A stretch of DNA of 59,400 bases from contig NC_068982.1 in assembly GCF_001194135.2 (NCBI RefSeq), positions 106,996,883 through 107,056,282 of the forward strand, in the 5' to 3' direction. Under the pieces are notes generated by a model that searched no databases, was not told the origin of the DNA, and saw only the letters and a program-made list of their open reading frames with translations. This document shows positions 25,735-39,486 of the stretch, in pieces. The translations under genes and the position numbers were made by a program. Position 1 is the stretch's first letter; each line of letters begins with the position of its first letter. Source of the stretch: Octopus bimaculoides (Eukaryota).

Positions 25735-26190
25735 AGTGAGAGAGAAGTGCATGCCATCAAAGTGACACTGGGGTAAAATATACGAAGCCCAATATACCCA
25801 TCATGACTACCCGTCTGGATAAGGGTACACCAGGCACATGCATCACAGCCATGTGTGCCCGACATGGTGATCTCATATCAAGATAAACAGCGCATGACCT
25901 TGAAGGTGGGGCCCAGTTAGAATTTTCTTCAGGTTGAGTAGCCCATTCCATTCAAAAGGTTCCTGAATAAGGTTTGTTTAAGGATGTTGAGCAAAGCACC
26001 CATGTTTCCAAAGGTGAATTATTCAAACCCCAAAGAATTCCTCTCAACACATGGCTATGATGCTCCCCCACTACTTCTGCTCATGATCAGAGATGCACAT
26101 ATCGTCAGCCCCCAAGGGACATGCTCAACTGGTTATGGTCAAACAACTGACAAGCAAATCTGTGGTAATAAGCAGAATATTTGCTGGTGA
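25735..26190 (-). mobile_element. Interspersed repeat whose 3' end abuts (AAT)n; probably the 3' UTR of a non-LTR element
   Basis: Sharp boundary with the (ATT)n run at 25681-25735; no coding motif, so the family call is inference. Confidence 0.45.
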
Positions 26191-26799
26191 GCTTGCCAGA
26201 CAAAATACTTTGCATTCTGAGTTTAAATTTTGCCGAGGTTGACTTTATACCTTAAAGATTGATGAAATAGGTATCAGTCAAGCACTGGGGGTCAATGTAA
26301 TCAACTAACCTCACTCCATCAAAATTTTAGGCCTTGTGCTTGTAGTAGAAATATGATTATTATTATTAAAGCAGTGAGCTAGCAGAATCAGTAGTATATC
26401 AGACAAAATGCTGGAAGAAATGCAGTATTTCTTCTGGTTTTATGGTCAGAACTCAAATTCTGCTAAGGTTGACTTTGCCTTTCATCCTTTCAAGGTTGAC
26501 AAAATAAGTGGGCCAGTATAATCAACTAGTCACTACCTCCAAAGTGTGAGGTTCTGTGTCTATTGTAGAAAGAATTATCATCATTATTATTACTATTATT
26601 ATTAGACAAGAGCACGATGTGGTTGCAATCAATGTTTTATTGGTTGAATGATATTTTGACAGCTAACCTGTCTTTGTCTATTGTGCTCTTTATATTGTCT
26701 ATTTACCTTTGTGAGGTGTTATGTCAATCCTTTTAAAATATTATCATTATTATCATTATTATTAATATTATTATTATTATTATTATTGTTGTTGTTGTT

Positions 26800-28415
26800 G
26801 TTGCCTTTGCACAGCTTCTAATGCTGGAGATGTACTACAGTGTCAGATGTTCACTACCAGGGAATTAAGATAATACCTCTTGTTTTTCGAGCACCTTCCG
26901 GAGTATTTGAGCAGTTCCAAGCAGTGCTGTTTTCTGCAAGTGCTCCACCCTTATTGCAGCCCTTATTTGTTCCACGTACTTCTCAAGATTTTTGCTCACT
27001 GTTCCAAGGGCTCCAACAATTATTGGTACTACTGCTACCTTTTACATCGACCACAACTGCTTAACTTCCCAAGCTAACCTGTCATATCTCTCGACTTTTC
27101 TTTCTTCCTTATCGCATACCTTGTTGTCGGCTGGGTATGTTATGTCTATGATCCAGCATAGTTTGTTTTCTTTCTCAATTAAGACTATGTCCGGCTTCCT
27201 ATTTTCAATCTCATGGTCGCACTGAATCATAAAATCCCATAGGATCTTTGCATTTCTATTTTCGACGATGCCTTCAGGTTTGTGGTCATACCAATTTTTT
27301 GCTCTGTCAAGTCCATACTTGTTGCAAAGTGTTCAATGGACAAGCCTGGCTATATTGTTGTGGGATCTCTTACATTCCTTCTGGGCTAGTGGCGTACATT
27401 GGCTGGTAATATGCCATACGGTTTCACCGTTTTGTCCACAGATTCTACACTCATCACTTTCTGATGTGTTGTCTATTCTGTATTTTATGTAGTTTGTTCT
27501 TAGTGCTTTCTCTTGGGCAGTACAGATTAGGGCTTCCGTTTCCACTTTTAAATAACTTTTAGCTATCCACAGCCATCTTTTTTCTCTGTCTGTCTTATTT
27601 TCAACTTCCCTATGAAATTGTCCATGCATTCTTTTCTTTATCCACCTATTTTCAGTTTCATTCATTTTCAATTTCTTGTATAGTGCTTTATCTTTGCAAT
27701 CTTTCATCCTACACAAGCCTGACCTTCCTACTTCTAATAATAGCTGTTCTGTGGCATTTTTTACATACCATGCTATGTTGTTTTCTTCTGCTCTAATGCT
27801 ATGTTCACATCCAATAAGTCCTCTTCCCCCTCATTTTCTTGGTACATACAGTCTGTCTGTGTCACTTTTTGGGTGGAATGACCCATATCTAGTTAGCAAC
27901 TTCCTTGTCTTTCTGTCTAAGCTGTTAAGTTCGTCTACTGTCCATGCGATTACCCTTGCTCCATATCTAAGGAGTGAAACCACCCAGATGTTGATAGCTT
28001 CAATCTTATTCCTTCTGTTTAATTTCAACTTTATGATCAGTCTCAGTCTGCGTAAGTACTCCACCTTAAGTTTTTCTGTTATTTCTTTCTCCATTAATTT
28101 ATCTATTTCCAAAGTCTCCAAGTACTTATAGCCCGTCTCTTCTATCTGCTTCATAACCTCCCTCAACGGTATCATTAGTCCATCCATACATTTGATTTTG
28201 CCTCTTTTCAATACTAACACATCACACTTTCTCAGTCTGAACTCCATTCTGATATCAGCACTGAAGGTATACACCATATCAATGAGGGAACTGACTTGGG
28301 CTTCATTATTACCATAAAGCTTGAGGTCATCCATGAATAGAAAATGGTTGACTTTTTGTTGGCAGCTTTTGAATACATACCCAGCTTTTACTTTCCGCAG
28401 AATCAGTGTCAGTGG
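26800..28415 (-). mobile_element. 5'-truncated R4/Dong-like non-LTR retrotransposon (RT, CCHC knuckle, REL endonuclease)
   Basis: FMDDLKLY; CRICGQNGETVWHITSQC; RKPDIVLIEK..IIDI; QKTALLGTAQILRKVLE; 3' end runs into (CAA)n(TAA)n. Confidence 0.88.
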
Positions 28416-28635
28416 TGTGGTGGGCTGGCAGAATCATTAGCACTCCAGATGAACTTCTTAGTGATATTTCACCTGTCACTACATTCTGAGTTCAAATTCT
28501 GCTGAGGTCAACTTTGCCTTTCACTCTTTTAGTGTCGATAAATTAAGTACCAGTGAAACACTGGGGTCAATGTAATTGACTTGTCCCCTTACTCCAAATT
28601 TCTGGCCTTGTGATTTTAGTAGAAATTATTATTAC

Positions 28636-28690
<55 letters not shown>

Positions 28691-28985
28691 GAGGGTGCAT
28701 GGCTTAGTGGTTAAGGTGCTGCACTCATGATATAATGATCCTGATTTCAATTCCTGCTGGTATGTTGTTCTTGAGCAAAACACTTCATCTCACATTGCTC
28801 TGTGATCACTTCGACACATGACATGTGAGGTACACCTTGCACCTGTTCAGACAATGTCGATTTGATGGAGAGAGTGAGCTAATGTGCTGCACAAACATTT
28901 GGTCACTATAAACAAATCATTTGTGTAAGTTGTTCAGCTAAACCTGAACGCTCATATGTCATCTTTGACAGGAGAGTTCGTCATT
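28691..28985 (+). mobile_element. tRNA-derived SINE family C, directly after an (ATT)n run
   Basis: GCATGGCTTAGTGGTTAAG A box, decayed B box, CORE-like CTTGAGCAAAACACTTCATCTCAC, ATT tail. Confidence 0.65.
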
Positions 28986-30059
28986 ATTATTATTATGTTA
29001 AAGTGTTTCTTAGTTGGCAGGAAAGTGAATTTAGATCTTTTATGTTTCAGTATCATGAAAAAGTTTTAGAGTATTTACATTCTTGTTAAGTTGTTGTTTA
29101 AAGGCTGATCAAAGGCATTCTAGCTTTGACCATCTCAGAGTCACATTATCTAATTTATCTCCTTTTTTTTTTAAGATGGCAAAATGTGAATTGCAGAAGA
29201 CATGGCTTTTATGCATATTAAGTTCTTAATCTTGGCCTTTTAATTAACTATTCATCATTTTTCTTCTTCTACTACACATTCAACTGAAAATTTTAATTCA
29301 TGTAGAGTAATAATGATGACTACTTTTTTTGAGATTTGAAATAATTTGAATACTTTTCCTTTCTCATTATTTAAAGTAATATCTAAAGTTGATTTATTTA
29401 TCTGGCTATATAATGTTTTAACTTATTCTCGTCTGTTTTCATCTAACATGAAGGTGAAAGTTCAGGTCTTTTAGGAGATCACAATGAATAGAGGAGGCTC
29501 ATAAGAACTAATTTTTGTTGGTATTATTACAAGTTTGTTGATCAAGTATTTAATATATGGTCTGTGAGGTGGAATAATAAGTATGCCAAGAGAGCTGTGA
29601 AAATCAAATCAGCTGCAATGGAAATATTGCAGAAATAGCAGGTTCAGAGGATTTGAAGTCATTGTAATGATTATAGTAAAGGTAGATGGGGGATGCAGTA
29701 TGGTAGGTAAGCTTGAAAATTAACAAATATGGATTTACTTTATTATCACTTCAAATAGGAAGGAGTGGGAGCAGTGCCAATGACTTTTGCAAAACTTCTG
29801 CGTAGTGTTAGCTAAGGGCCTATGTGTGGCTGACAAAGTATGAATAGGAGAGACAGATAAAAGTGTTATCTGACTATCCAGTTCAGAGGTGCCAAGGCTG
29901 TTGTAGAGACAATAAATAATTAAAAAGGCCTGAAGGTGAATGTAGTTAAGTTTAAGGTACTGGTTGTTGAAATTACAGAACCATGGTAAAAATGTCTTTA
30001 CTCTGAATACAAAAAGATAGTAGTAAGGAATTAATATTATATAGTTGGCTCAAGTGAAA

Positions 30060-30900
30060 GGGCTTTATGACTTCTGAAAACAAGAAACATACATCATTTG
30101 TACAGGACTAGAATGCAATATAAGCAAACTGCTGGATAATTCTTTTGTCTATACGAACTTCAAATTAAAACAAACCAATATGTTATTCCTCTCTGGCACA
30201 CAAATTTCTCACCTAGCTCTAATCTATTTCTGCTGTCCTGATGATATTATATTCCAAGTTATCTGTGATGACAGAGCATACATTATCATTGTGGCTTAAC
30301 TCATATCTGAATGTTAGCAACTGAAACTTTCATATCTTTTGAATCCAAGCTGATGTGTTGGCTGAACTCTGATCTCTCCTGGTGAAGCATATCTTCAATA
30401 TAGCTAAAACTTTATGGCAAAAGATCAACCTTCTTCAGAGCGAGAAAATACTCCTAGCTATCAAAACTATTCAACTTTCTACAAAGGTTGAGACCCACAA
30501 TAGATTACTTCTCCCATATCTGAGATGGTGCCTTTACTATATACATAGACATTCCAAGCTGAATCCAAAAAATGGCCACCTGACAGTTTGGCAAAAATTC
30601 ACTCACTATCGTTCTACAAATTCTGCCTTTCTACCACTTCTACAATAGTGCTTACTCCTAGGAGATAGCTTGTCTCATATTTACTCTGCTCTGGTACTCT
30701 TGACTCAGTTACCTATATTGTCTCCTGCAGTCAGAGCCATATGAACAACTCCATCCAATCCTTTCTCTCAGAATTTGATCCTCTGGAATTCCTTTCCTGC
30801 ACATATTTTCCCCCTCTGTTGTTGACATGTAACTGCTCCAGTGGAACATTAATCATGTCAACCTCATTAGCCTATACATAATATCCAGTACTTTTAAACA
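30060..30900 (+). mobile_element. Decayed CR1/L2-like LINE ORF2 3' region; weaker similar remnants at about 25390-25620 (-) and 31800-32150 (-)
   Basis: KHIFNIAKTLWQKINLL..LLAIKT resembles the CR1-group ORF2 C-terminus; heavily mutated. Confidence 0.45.
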
Positions 30901-33485
30901 AAGACAATATTTCCTGTGTAGGCCATAAAAAATTTCAATACTGAACAAAGCAAAAGTCATCTAACTCCAACCTGTTTCCACCATACTAATGACACTATAT
31001 TTCAATGTCTCTGTCATTACGTTGCATTAATTCTTACTGTGGTTCAACTCTCTCATCTAAATGTTAGCAGTTGAGACTTCCAAATACATTGGAATGTCTG
31101 TCCCCTTAGTTCATCTGTTGCCTCAAACATCTTTGCAAATTTCTGTAACAATCAGTTGACTATCTCTCTTCTTGCGTTGATAACATCTTACATCTCTCTG
31201 AAGTCATTATCCTCAGTACCTCAATACATACAACGCCTCTCTTAAAATGTTTCTTCCACTGCTGGAATAGAAGTTGATGTAGTCCCTTGAACACTCTGCA
31301 CTAGGAAGTCTTTACCCTTTAGGTTTTACATCAAAACTCCAAATAATTTTGGCTTCTTTTTCTCCTCTAAACCCAACCCCTTGATCAGCATCACAGTTTA
31401 TGCTTCTATTAAATTGTCTGATTGCCTAATTGCAGCAATATCTTCATTATCCTACTATATAATATTGTATTTGATTGTACATAAAATGCACTTTTTTTTC
31501 CCCAAAATATATTTCCAAAATCACCTTGAGTCCTACATGTGAAGTTGAGCCTTCCACATGCTAATTTTGTCTCTGACACTTTTTAAATCTAATTTTTATC
31601 TAGTCTCTTCTACATAGCTTGACTCCATAATAATATTTTTTTAAAGCATTATTAATATTACTTATACTGTAATGTTTTGTAATATACTACTAGGTTGCTC
31701 GATATATTACATGCTTTAATGTACTATAAACATTTTGCTTGAATATGTGTTGATGAAACTGAGGTTTGTCTAATATACCCAAGCATCTTTTATGCCATAA
31801 AATATAGGACATTTGCTTTGTAAATTATGTTTCACTTCGAGGTAGCTAATTGAGTAGCTTTTCACCAGTTCTAAGCATAGCAACCAATATACTTTACTCA
31901 TAAGTTCTCTGAGAAAGCCAGTCAGGTAACCAAAATCCTTTTTCTGTGTACCTCTCTCCCCAGTCTTCACACAACCAAACCCCATAGATCTGAATACTCT
32001 TAAGAATGTATTTGCAGCTGTACTGCAGTCTTGTAGGCAAACATTGGGAGGAAATATCATGCTATCTCTAACTTAGAAGTGGTCATCCAAGCAACATCTA
32101 TAGTGACATCTGTGTAGGAAAAATTAGGAGTATTTATGGCTGGAAGTGACAGTGAAAAGGTTGTTTATGCACAAAAGGTAGAGTATGGAAGAATTAAACA
32201 GAAGTTATATCCATATCCAAAAATTATTTAATAATCCTTAGTATCATAGAAACTATTGGTGTGAATTCATAACAGAATATTTATATTCTCTCAATATTTA
32301 TAGCTCTCGGTACCACCACGACCAAATCCTGTGCAAAAAAAGAAAAGAAAAATATTGAGCATTTTATTTTTCATCAATAACTGAGATAAGAAACTTTTTT
32401 AAAAATACAAAGATTTATAACATGATTAAGGAATGGTTATGAGTTATTAGATTCATTGAGTCAGATAACTTGAAATATATTTTGGACGAAATTATAGAAT
32501 GCCTCACCACTACCACCACCGTTGTTATTGTTTTATTTTATTTTATACATGAATATTGTGCTAAGCCCCACTTGTCCCTTGTGTTGTATTGTCCCTTTTT
32601 GTTTTGTGTTCAGCCATTGTGACCAATAAAGGAGATCAGTATTGTTGTTGTTGTTATTTTGTTTATTACTTTGATGAAACCTCTCAGCTTATTTTGCTGG
32701 GTATGATAGTAAGTGTCAGATGCTCACAGCCAGCATATATACGATAAGAACTCAGCAACTTAAAGCTGCTGCCTGGAGCAGAAACAAAATGTTGTAATTT
32801 GCAATTAAAGCTTGGTTTTTCCATCATCGTGTTGTATAACTATTTTAATTTTCATATTAATCTTATACAATAGCGGAGTTTCGCATGTTTATCTAGCTCA
32901 GGGATAAACCTAGCTGTAAGATGGTATATGGTAGCTGATGATAATATAGGAGTTTTTAAACGAAAGTCATGAGGTATCACCCTGACTGTATTCTGTCTGT
33001 CCGTCCGTCCATGCATGCATACATAGTCAAATCGAATAATCAAGTATTAGAAATAATAATAACAATCAACAAGAGCACGTGAGAATTTTTAACCTTTTGC
33101 ACATAGCTCTTCGTCAGAAAAGAAAACGGAAAAGTCCACAGAAGGAAAAATATCACCAACAGCACATGTGTAGTTACATTGCTGAAGTGACTGGAAGTGG
33201 AAAAAGATAGCGAAAGTGGTTTTTTTGGGACCGGAGAATGCAAGATGGCCAGTGTGTATGGTAGTATCTGTGTGCGTATGTGTTTGTGTTTATGTGAATG
33301 ATGTATAATACCTTCCTCACTATTTTGTTGCAGCAATTAAACATTGCTTACAAGGGAAAATAACAAACGCGAAATTTACAGAGTTATTTCCCTTCAATAC
33401 TGTTTCGCTAAATCTGAAGTTGGCTTCAAATTTTGACAAAAGGGCCTGCAATTTCAATGGGAGGTAAGTTGGTGTTACTTTGGAG

Positions 33486-33893
33486 GTGTGATATGCAAGG
33501 GAGATTACTTTAGGTTACATTTTAGTTTACTTTTCAATTTCTAAAAACCCGTAAAATGTTAGCTAAAGATTTCTACAATGTGATCAGCGAAGAGACGAAG
33601 GCAGTTGCATTTTTCCAAAAAAACCAGTACTAAATTCACATCATTTCTTAAGAAAAAGAAAGGTGTCATTTTAGCATGTGATCTACAATTTAAAGGGAGA
33701 TTACTTTAGGTTACTTTTTAGTTTACTTTGTTTTAGTGCTACTTTCCGTGTGATCTACGTAAGCAAATTTACTTTGGTGGGTGATCTACGCGCTTATTTT
33801 TAGTAAGAATTTTGAAAAAATACATTTACAATGCTAAGTATGGACAAAATAATTTAAAAGGTAAGCTAAAGTAATCTCCCTTGTAGATCACAC
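33486..33893. mobile_element. MITE-like element with 28-bp inverted repeats and internal copies of the same motif
   Basis: GTGTGATATGCAAGGGAGATTACTTTAG versus CTAAAGTAATCTCCCTTGTAGATCACAC (26/28); extra direct copies near 33677 and 33747; no clear TSD. Confidence 0.6.
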
Positions 33894-33899
33894 ACCAAA

Positions 33900-34780
33900 A
33901 TAGCTAGAATTTTCGAAGCAGTGATGCCTTCTAACGCCGCCGTCATTTTTTCTTCACTCCTTCTACATCTGCAAGGACGAACAGAAAAAAGTCGCAGGGA
34001 GCAAGATCGGGCGAATATTGAGGGTGGTTAAGCGAGGTCATGCAATTTTTGACAAAAACTCTCACACACTCAAGGTGGTGTGCGCAGGCGCTTTGTCGTT
34101 ATGAAACCNNNNNNNNNNNNNNNNNNNNNNNNNNNNNNNNNNNNNNNNNNNNNNNNNNNNNNNNNNNNNNNNNNNNNNNNNNNNNNNNNNNNNNNNNNNN
34201 NNNNNNNNNNNNNNNNNNNNNNNNNNNNNNNNNNNNNNNNNNNNNNNNNNNNNNNNNNNNNNNNNNNNNNNNNNNNNNNNNNNNNNNNNNNNNNNNNNNN
34301 NNNNNNNNNNNNNNNNNNNNNNNNNNNNNNNNNNNNNNNNNNNNNNNNNNNNNNNNNNNNNNACATTGAATGTTTCCATTGACTTGACTGCTGTTTCGTT
34401 TCCGGGTCGTAGCCGTAGCACCAGTTTTCGTCACCAGTGATGATCTTTGAAAAAAGCTCCGTATCAAGGTCTGGACGTCCTGCAATTATCACCACTGAGG
34501 AAACCATTGATCGAGTTCACCATGTGGTTTGGATGAGAAGCGATTAACTATAAATCAGATAGCCAATGGTATTAACATATCCCGTGAGAGAATAGTGAAT
34601 ATTCTCCACAATGACAAAGTTTTCTGCTCGGTAGTTAGCTATTTAGAAATAGATGTAACGTAGTGAGGCTGATTAACATTATCAATTCATGAAACACATT
34701 CAGTCGTGGCTGATTTTAATCTTCTGTGAACAGGCGAGACACAAATTTTGCTGCAACTCTTTTCATTCGTATGTTGAATA
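33900..34780 (-). mobile_element. mariner transposase remnant spanning a gap, interrupted at 34465-34685
   Basis: MKRVAAKFVSRL, LFSKIITGDENWCYGYDPETKQQSSQWK, FHNDKAPAHT, and a decayed YSPDLAPCDFFLF-like stretch. Confidence 0.85.
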
Positions 34781-35327
34781 TGTCTATTGGAGTGATTATC
34801 ATCTTTATGAGGATGAGCTGAAAACATCATAGGCTGTGAAAACATCATGAAGGAGTGATGCTAGAGCTGTGAAACCTTACATGCATTCAACGCTTCTTAT
34901 TAACTGTATTGCTAAGCGACTCCTGTGGGAAATGAACAAAGTTTGGCATCGTGATGTTATCAAGTACCTGCAGAAAAAGTGTTCAGCGCCCAACAGCATT
35001 CATGCTAACATATTTACTACATGAGGAGATGACGCTCAATCTTTATCAATAGTGCAAAAGTGGGCAGCTGAATTTAGGAGAGAAGGGAAGAGTCTTGAAG
35101 ATGACCCAAGGTCTGGACGTCCTGCAATTATCACCACTGAGGAAACCATTGATCGAGTTCACCACGTGGTTTGGATGACAAGCGATTAACTATAAATCAG
35201 ATAGCCAATGGTATTAACATATCCCGTGAGAGAATAGTGAATATTCTCCACAATGACAAAGTTTTCTGCTCGGTAGTTAGCTATTTAGAAATAGATGTAA
35301 CGTAGTGAGGCTGATTAACATTATCAA
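34465..35327 (+). repeat. 221-bp direct repeat (34465-34685 and 35107-35327)
   Basis: Two mismatches found by eye (CCAT/CCAC, TGAG/TGAC). Confidence 0.9.
34880..35270 (+). mobile_element. Second mariner remnant (N-terminal HTH region), opposite orientation
   Basis: VQKWAAEFRR..SLEDDPRSGRPAIITTEETIDRVHHVV..RLTINQIANGINISRERIVNILH. Confidence 0.8.
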
Positions 35328-36463
35328 CAATATGTCTGAGGGAAAATACCTCAAGGAGTATGATCAAGCTACTCTGAGGTGTACCTCATCAGCTTAGATT
35401 GTAAGACAGTCGCATAGTCTTCATACAGCATTAAGATCTTCCTTAATTAATTACACTTTATGAAAATGGAAAAACCAGGAAATTAAAACAAATATTTATT
35501 TCGATGCCTAACGTTTTTAATTTAGTTCGATTATGTCAATAAAAAAGATAATTTCTGTAACAAGTGATTATGACTTTATCGCTGCTTAGAGCGAGAAATA
35601 CAACAGGCTATTATCGATGACTAACACGGCGATTGAGATTGGGGAACCGAAAAAGTAACAAATATTTAGCTATGCTATTTTGTTACATCCCTGTATACAA
35701 ATTCCTTCGGGTTTGACTTTTCCTTTCAATCTTCCAAAGTCAATAAAATAAATACCATACAAGAAATGGAGTCGGTATCGTCAATACCCCCAGGCTTCAA
35801 TTTGTGGCCTACTCCCTGTGTTAGAAATATTTCTAGATAGCAACACAAATTTAAGCATTTTTACAAGAAGTTAGAATTAGTAGAATTTATCTTTTGTTAT
35901 ATTTAGCTACGGATCTTTGCATTTCTGACTTTAAATCACGCCGAAGTTGGCTGTGCTTTCATACTTTCCATTCGACAAGATAAAGTAAAAGTTATTTACT
36001 GAGGTCGACTTACTCGACCATTCATTTCTTCTAAATTGTGGATATCATCAATAATAAAAACAGGAAGTTTTCAATTTAGCAGATATAACAAAATCATAGA
36101 CGCAAGGTGGAAAATAAATACAGCAAAGCATTACATTCTCTTCTCGTTTTCTTCAATTTTCTTCAGTTAATGTCTTGTTAAGCCTACAGTATATATATAT
36201 ATCTTTATCTTTTATCGTTTATTTGTTTCAGTCATTTGTCTGCGGCCATGCTGGAGCACCGCCTTGAAGGGTTTTATTCGAAGAAATCGACCCCATTACT
36301 TATATTTTAATGTCTAATAATTCTATCGCCTCATGCCGAATTGCTAAGTTACATGGACATAAATACACCAACGCCAGTTGTCAAGGGGTGATGGAAGACA
36401 AACACAGGCACACGCACGCACACGCACGCACACGCACACACGCGCACACACACACACACACAC

Positions 36464-36503
<40 letters not shown>

Positions 36504-36648
36504 NNNNNNNNNNNNNNNNNNNNNNNNNNNNNNNNNNNNNNNNNNNNNNNNNNNNNNNNNNNNNNNNNNNNNNNNNNNNNNNNNNNNNNNNNNNNNNNNN
36601 NNNNNNNNNNNNNNNNNNNNNNNNNNNNNNNNNNNNNNNNNNNNNNNN

Positions 36649-36714
<66 letters not shown>

Positions 36715-36715
<1 letters not shown>

Positions 36716-37436
36716 TGTGTATATTCTCCTCTTTCTCTTTTTACTTTAGATTAAATTTTGATCGGTTGCTTACTTGGTAGTAAGGTTGTGAAGGAAAACA
36801 TCTTGTTTTGTTTGTCATCCTTTAAATCTTAAGAAGGTCATGCAGACTTTACAGTCCCAGATATAGTGATCATTTGTAGAGTATGAATTAAAGATTTGCA
36901 TTGTTTTGCCGAGAACACATGTTCAACCATACTTTTTTCCTGAGGGATTGGTATGTATCCTGCTACTCTAATAATAGACATGAGGCTGAAAGCGTATCTT
37001 GGATACTAGATTTGCAAACTCCTTATTAGTGGTCCATAAACGTCGTCTTTCTTATGTATTTTTCGAACTGCATTACTGTTCACAGTCAGCTGATTTTCAC
37101 AACAGAACATATCTTTTTCTTGCGGTTCCACTAAACATTATTTGGTCGGTTGTATTTTAGCTTATTGACTCTTTTACTTTTTAAATTCCATTAATATTCT
37201 TTTGACTCATCAGTCTCAATGTGGTCAATTCCATCTGTATGTATTTCGTTTTTATTATCCTGTTCCAGATCATTCTGTTACTGCGTTATTCCTCATGGGA
37301 AGATAACATCTGGAAGATATTTTCTCACAATTGGCACAAATGTAGTTGATGTCTTCAGTCTTGGTCTCGCACAACCTACATTTGTTGTCTGCTTCTTATG
37401 CTGTAGGTACTTGGTGGGGATCTCTCTTCCTTGAAT
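36715..37436 (-). mobile_element. Older R4/Dong-like 3' fragment (copy B)
   Basis: Decayed IQGREIPTKYL, CCHC knuckle remnant, DDVYGPLIRSLQI*YP, TISGTVK; ends at (AC)n. Confidence 0.7.
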
Positions 37437-37467
37437 TGTATGTATGTATGTATGTATGTATGTATGT

Positions 37468-38000
37468 CTCTTCTAGTTTTTAATTATAAATCTTGCACTG
37501 AGGAGGAAGCCGGTCTCCAACAAAGATATAAGGCTCCATTTTTGGGATGTAGTCAACACAGACAAGTTCACATTTGGAACTTGAGAAAAGTTTAGCATAT
37601 TTTTACTGTTCCACTCATAGATTGCACTTGTAATGTACGAATCAACCGGTCAATTTCTCTTTCTGAAAATCCCAGTTTATACAGATTCTCCTTTAAGCAT
37701 TTACTAACAAAACCTAGTGCTCCAATTATTACTGGTATGAATATGAATTCATATTCTGGATATTGAAGCTGGAGGTTTCGAAGAAGTTGTCTATAGATAT
37801 ACTCTTTTTCATTGATTTTCAAAGAGATATCTATATTTGCAGAACAGCTGACCCCTAAGATGGTACATACCTTTGCCCCTCCATCCCAAACAACAATACT
37901 CGGCCTGTTATGTTTACATTTGACAGAAGTTTTGATGAGAATATTCCACCAGTATTCTTTGGTTGGTGTTTATGAATGTATTCCATAACAGAAGGATTTT
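37468..38000 (-). mobile_element. R4/Dong-like 3' fragment (copy A), flanked on both sides by (ACAT)n
   Basis: KEYWWNI..KHNRPSIVVWD..KINEKEYIYRQLLRNLQLQYPEYEFIFIPVIIGALG..MSGTVKIC. Confidence 0.8.
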
Positions 38001-38439
38001 GTATGTATGTATGTATGTATGTATGTATGTATGTATGTATGTATGTATGTATGTATGTGTGCGCGTGTGTGTGCGTGCTTGCATGTGTGCATGCGCGCGC
38101 GTGTATCAAAGACAAGAAGGTATTTTCCATTTGTACATGATTTAAATTTAATTCGCATGTAAAATATGGTTGTGATCTGATCTTTTAGATGTCTTTCCTG
38201 AATAGAGATGGCTGATAAGGGATAGAAAAAATTTATGGCTTAAATTTTCTATTCTTTTAAGACATCACTTTCCACCAAGCTCTTTAAAGTCCATAATGTT
38301 TAGGTTACGTATTTTAGACAATATTGTTTCTACGTTCATGCACCACATTCAGAAACAAGCATTTTAAACATCACCTTACTTATCTACTCAGGAGATTCTG
38401 TCTTTCCATAGGAGTTGTATACTGATCATCATTTACACC

Positions 38440-38700
38440 ATCTGACAGTATCCAAAAAAAACTTTATAGAGCCCACCGTTAACTGCTTCAAGGGACGTTA
38501 CAACAAACGCATGTAGTCTTTTAGATAGTGGATCAGGGAAAACTACTTCTTTGTGTCGATTTATCTGGGAACTCAAGGATGAAGGCTACGGTCACCTTAC
38601 TATAACTTTAAATTTTATTGACAGTGATATTTCATATTCGAACAGATTACGTAACAGTAAACTTTACTTATCTTAAAAGTAGTGGATGTTCAAGCAACTA
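38440..38700 (+). mobile_element. Decayed Penelope-like GIY-YIG remnant
   Basis: FKGRYNKRM*SFR, then TSLCRFIWELKD in another frame. Confidence 0.5.
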
Positions 38701-39429
38701 ACGATATCGATCAGTAGAAAGTCTCAAGTATTGTTTCATCGTCTGCAAAAACCAGCATTCTTCCTGTTGGATTTTCTGCTGCTTTGAACATCCCGAGATA
38801 AGCGATTACAATTTACAAAATTCTCGACTACGAGATATGTGAAGTAGTTTTAGCTTCCCTTTTTGATGAATATATATCTCAACCGGATCGCTTCCATCAC
38901 AGTTTACTGGTCCGACTTAGGACCTGATGTATTTTTGACTACGTGATTACTTTCATCCGTAGGAACCCATCTTACTAACAACCAATAAAGGCTGCCTTCA
39001 CCGGTGGTCTGTGCTTAGATATCAATTCCTGAATGACACATGAAATATCACAAACATGTTTTGTGTGTGTGTGTGAAACTTGAAGTAAAGTACTAGTGAA
39101 TCATCTTCTATTTGCATATCAATATAAACTCTACTGAATGCAGTGAGTGCTCTTTCGCCTGTAGTCATATGTCCACACACGCGTGCACGCGCGTGTATGA
39201 ACTGTTACAGCTATCGTTTCAACCTCAGATCATCACCAAGAGTACTTAATGACTTGAGATCCTATCATGTATTGAGTTATGTTAATTTAGTAATTTTAAA
39301 ACTTCAAAAATTTATATTGTTTTCAGCTATTTTTTTATATTTAATATTATTACCTACTTAAAAAAAAAAAAGTATGTGCAAAAATTAGATTACTGAGAAA
39401 CATCCTTTTATATTGTTTAACCTTCAACT

Positions 39430-39436
39430 TCTATCC

Positions 39437-39486
<50 letters not shown>

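Noticed and set aside
35370-35395. CTGATGAG on the minus strand as another hammerhead
   Set aside because: No GAAA after the putative stem II and no stem I or III partner.
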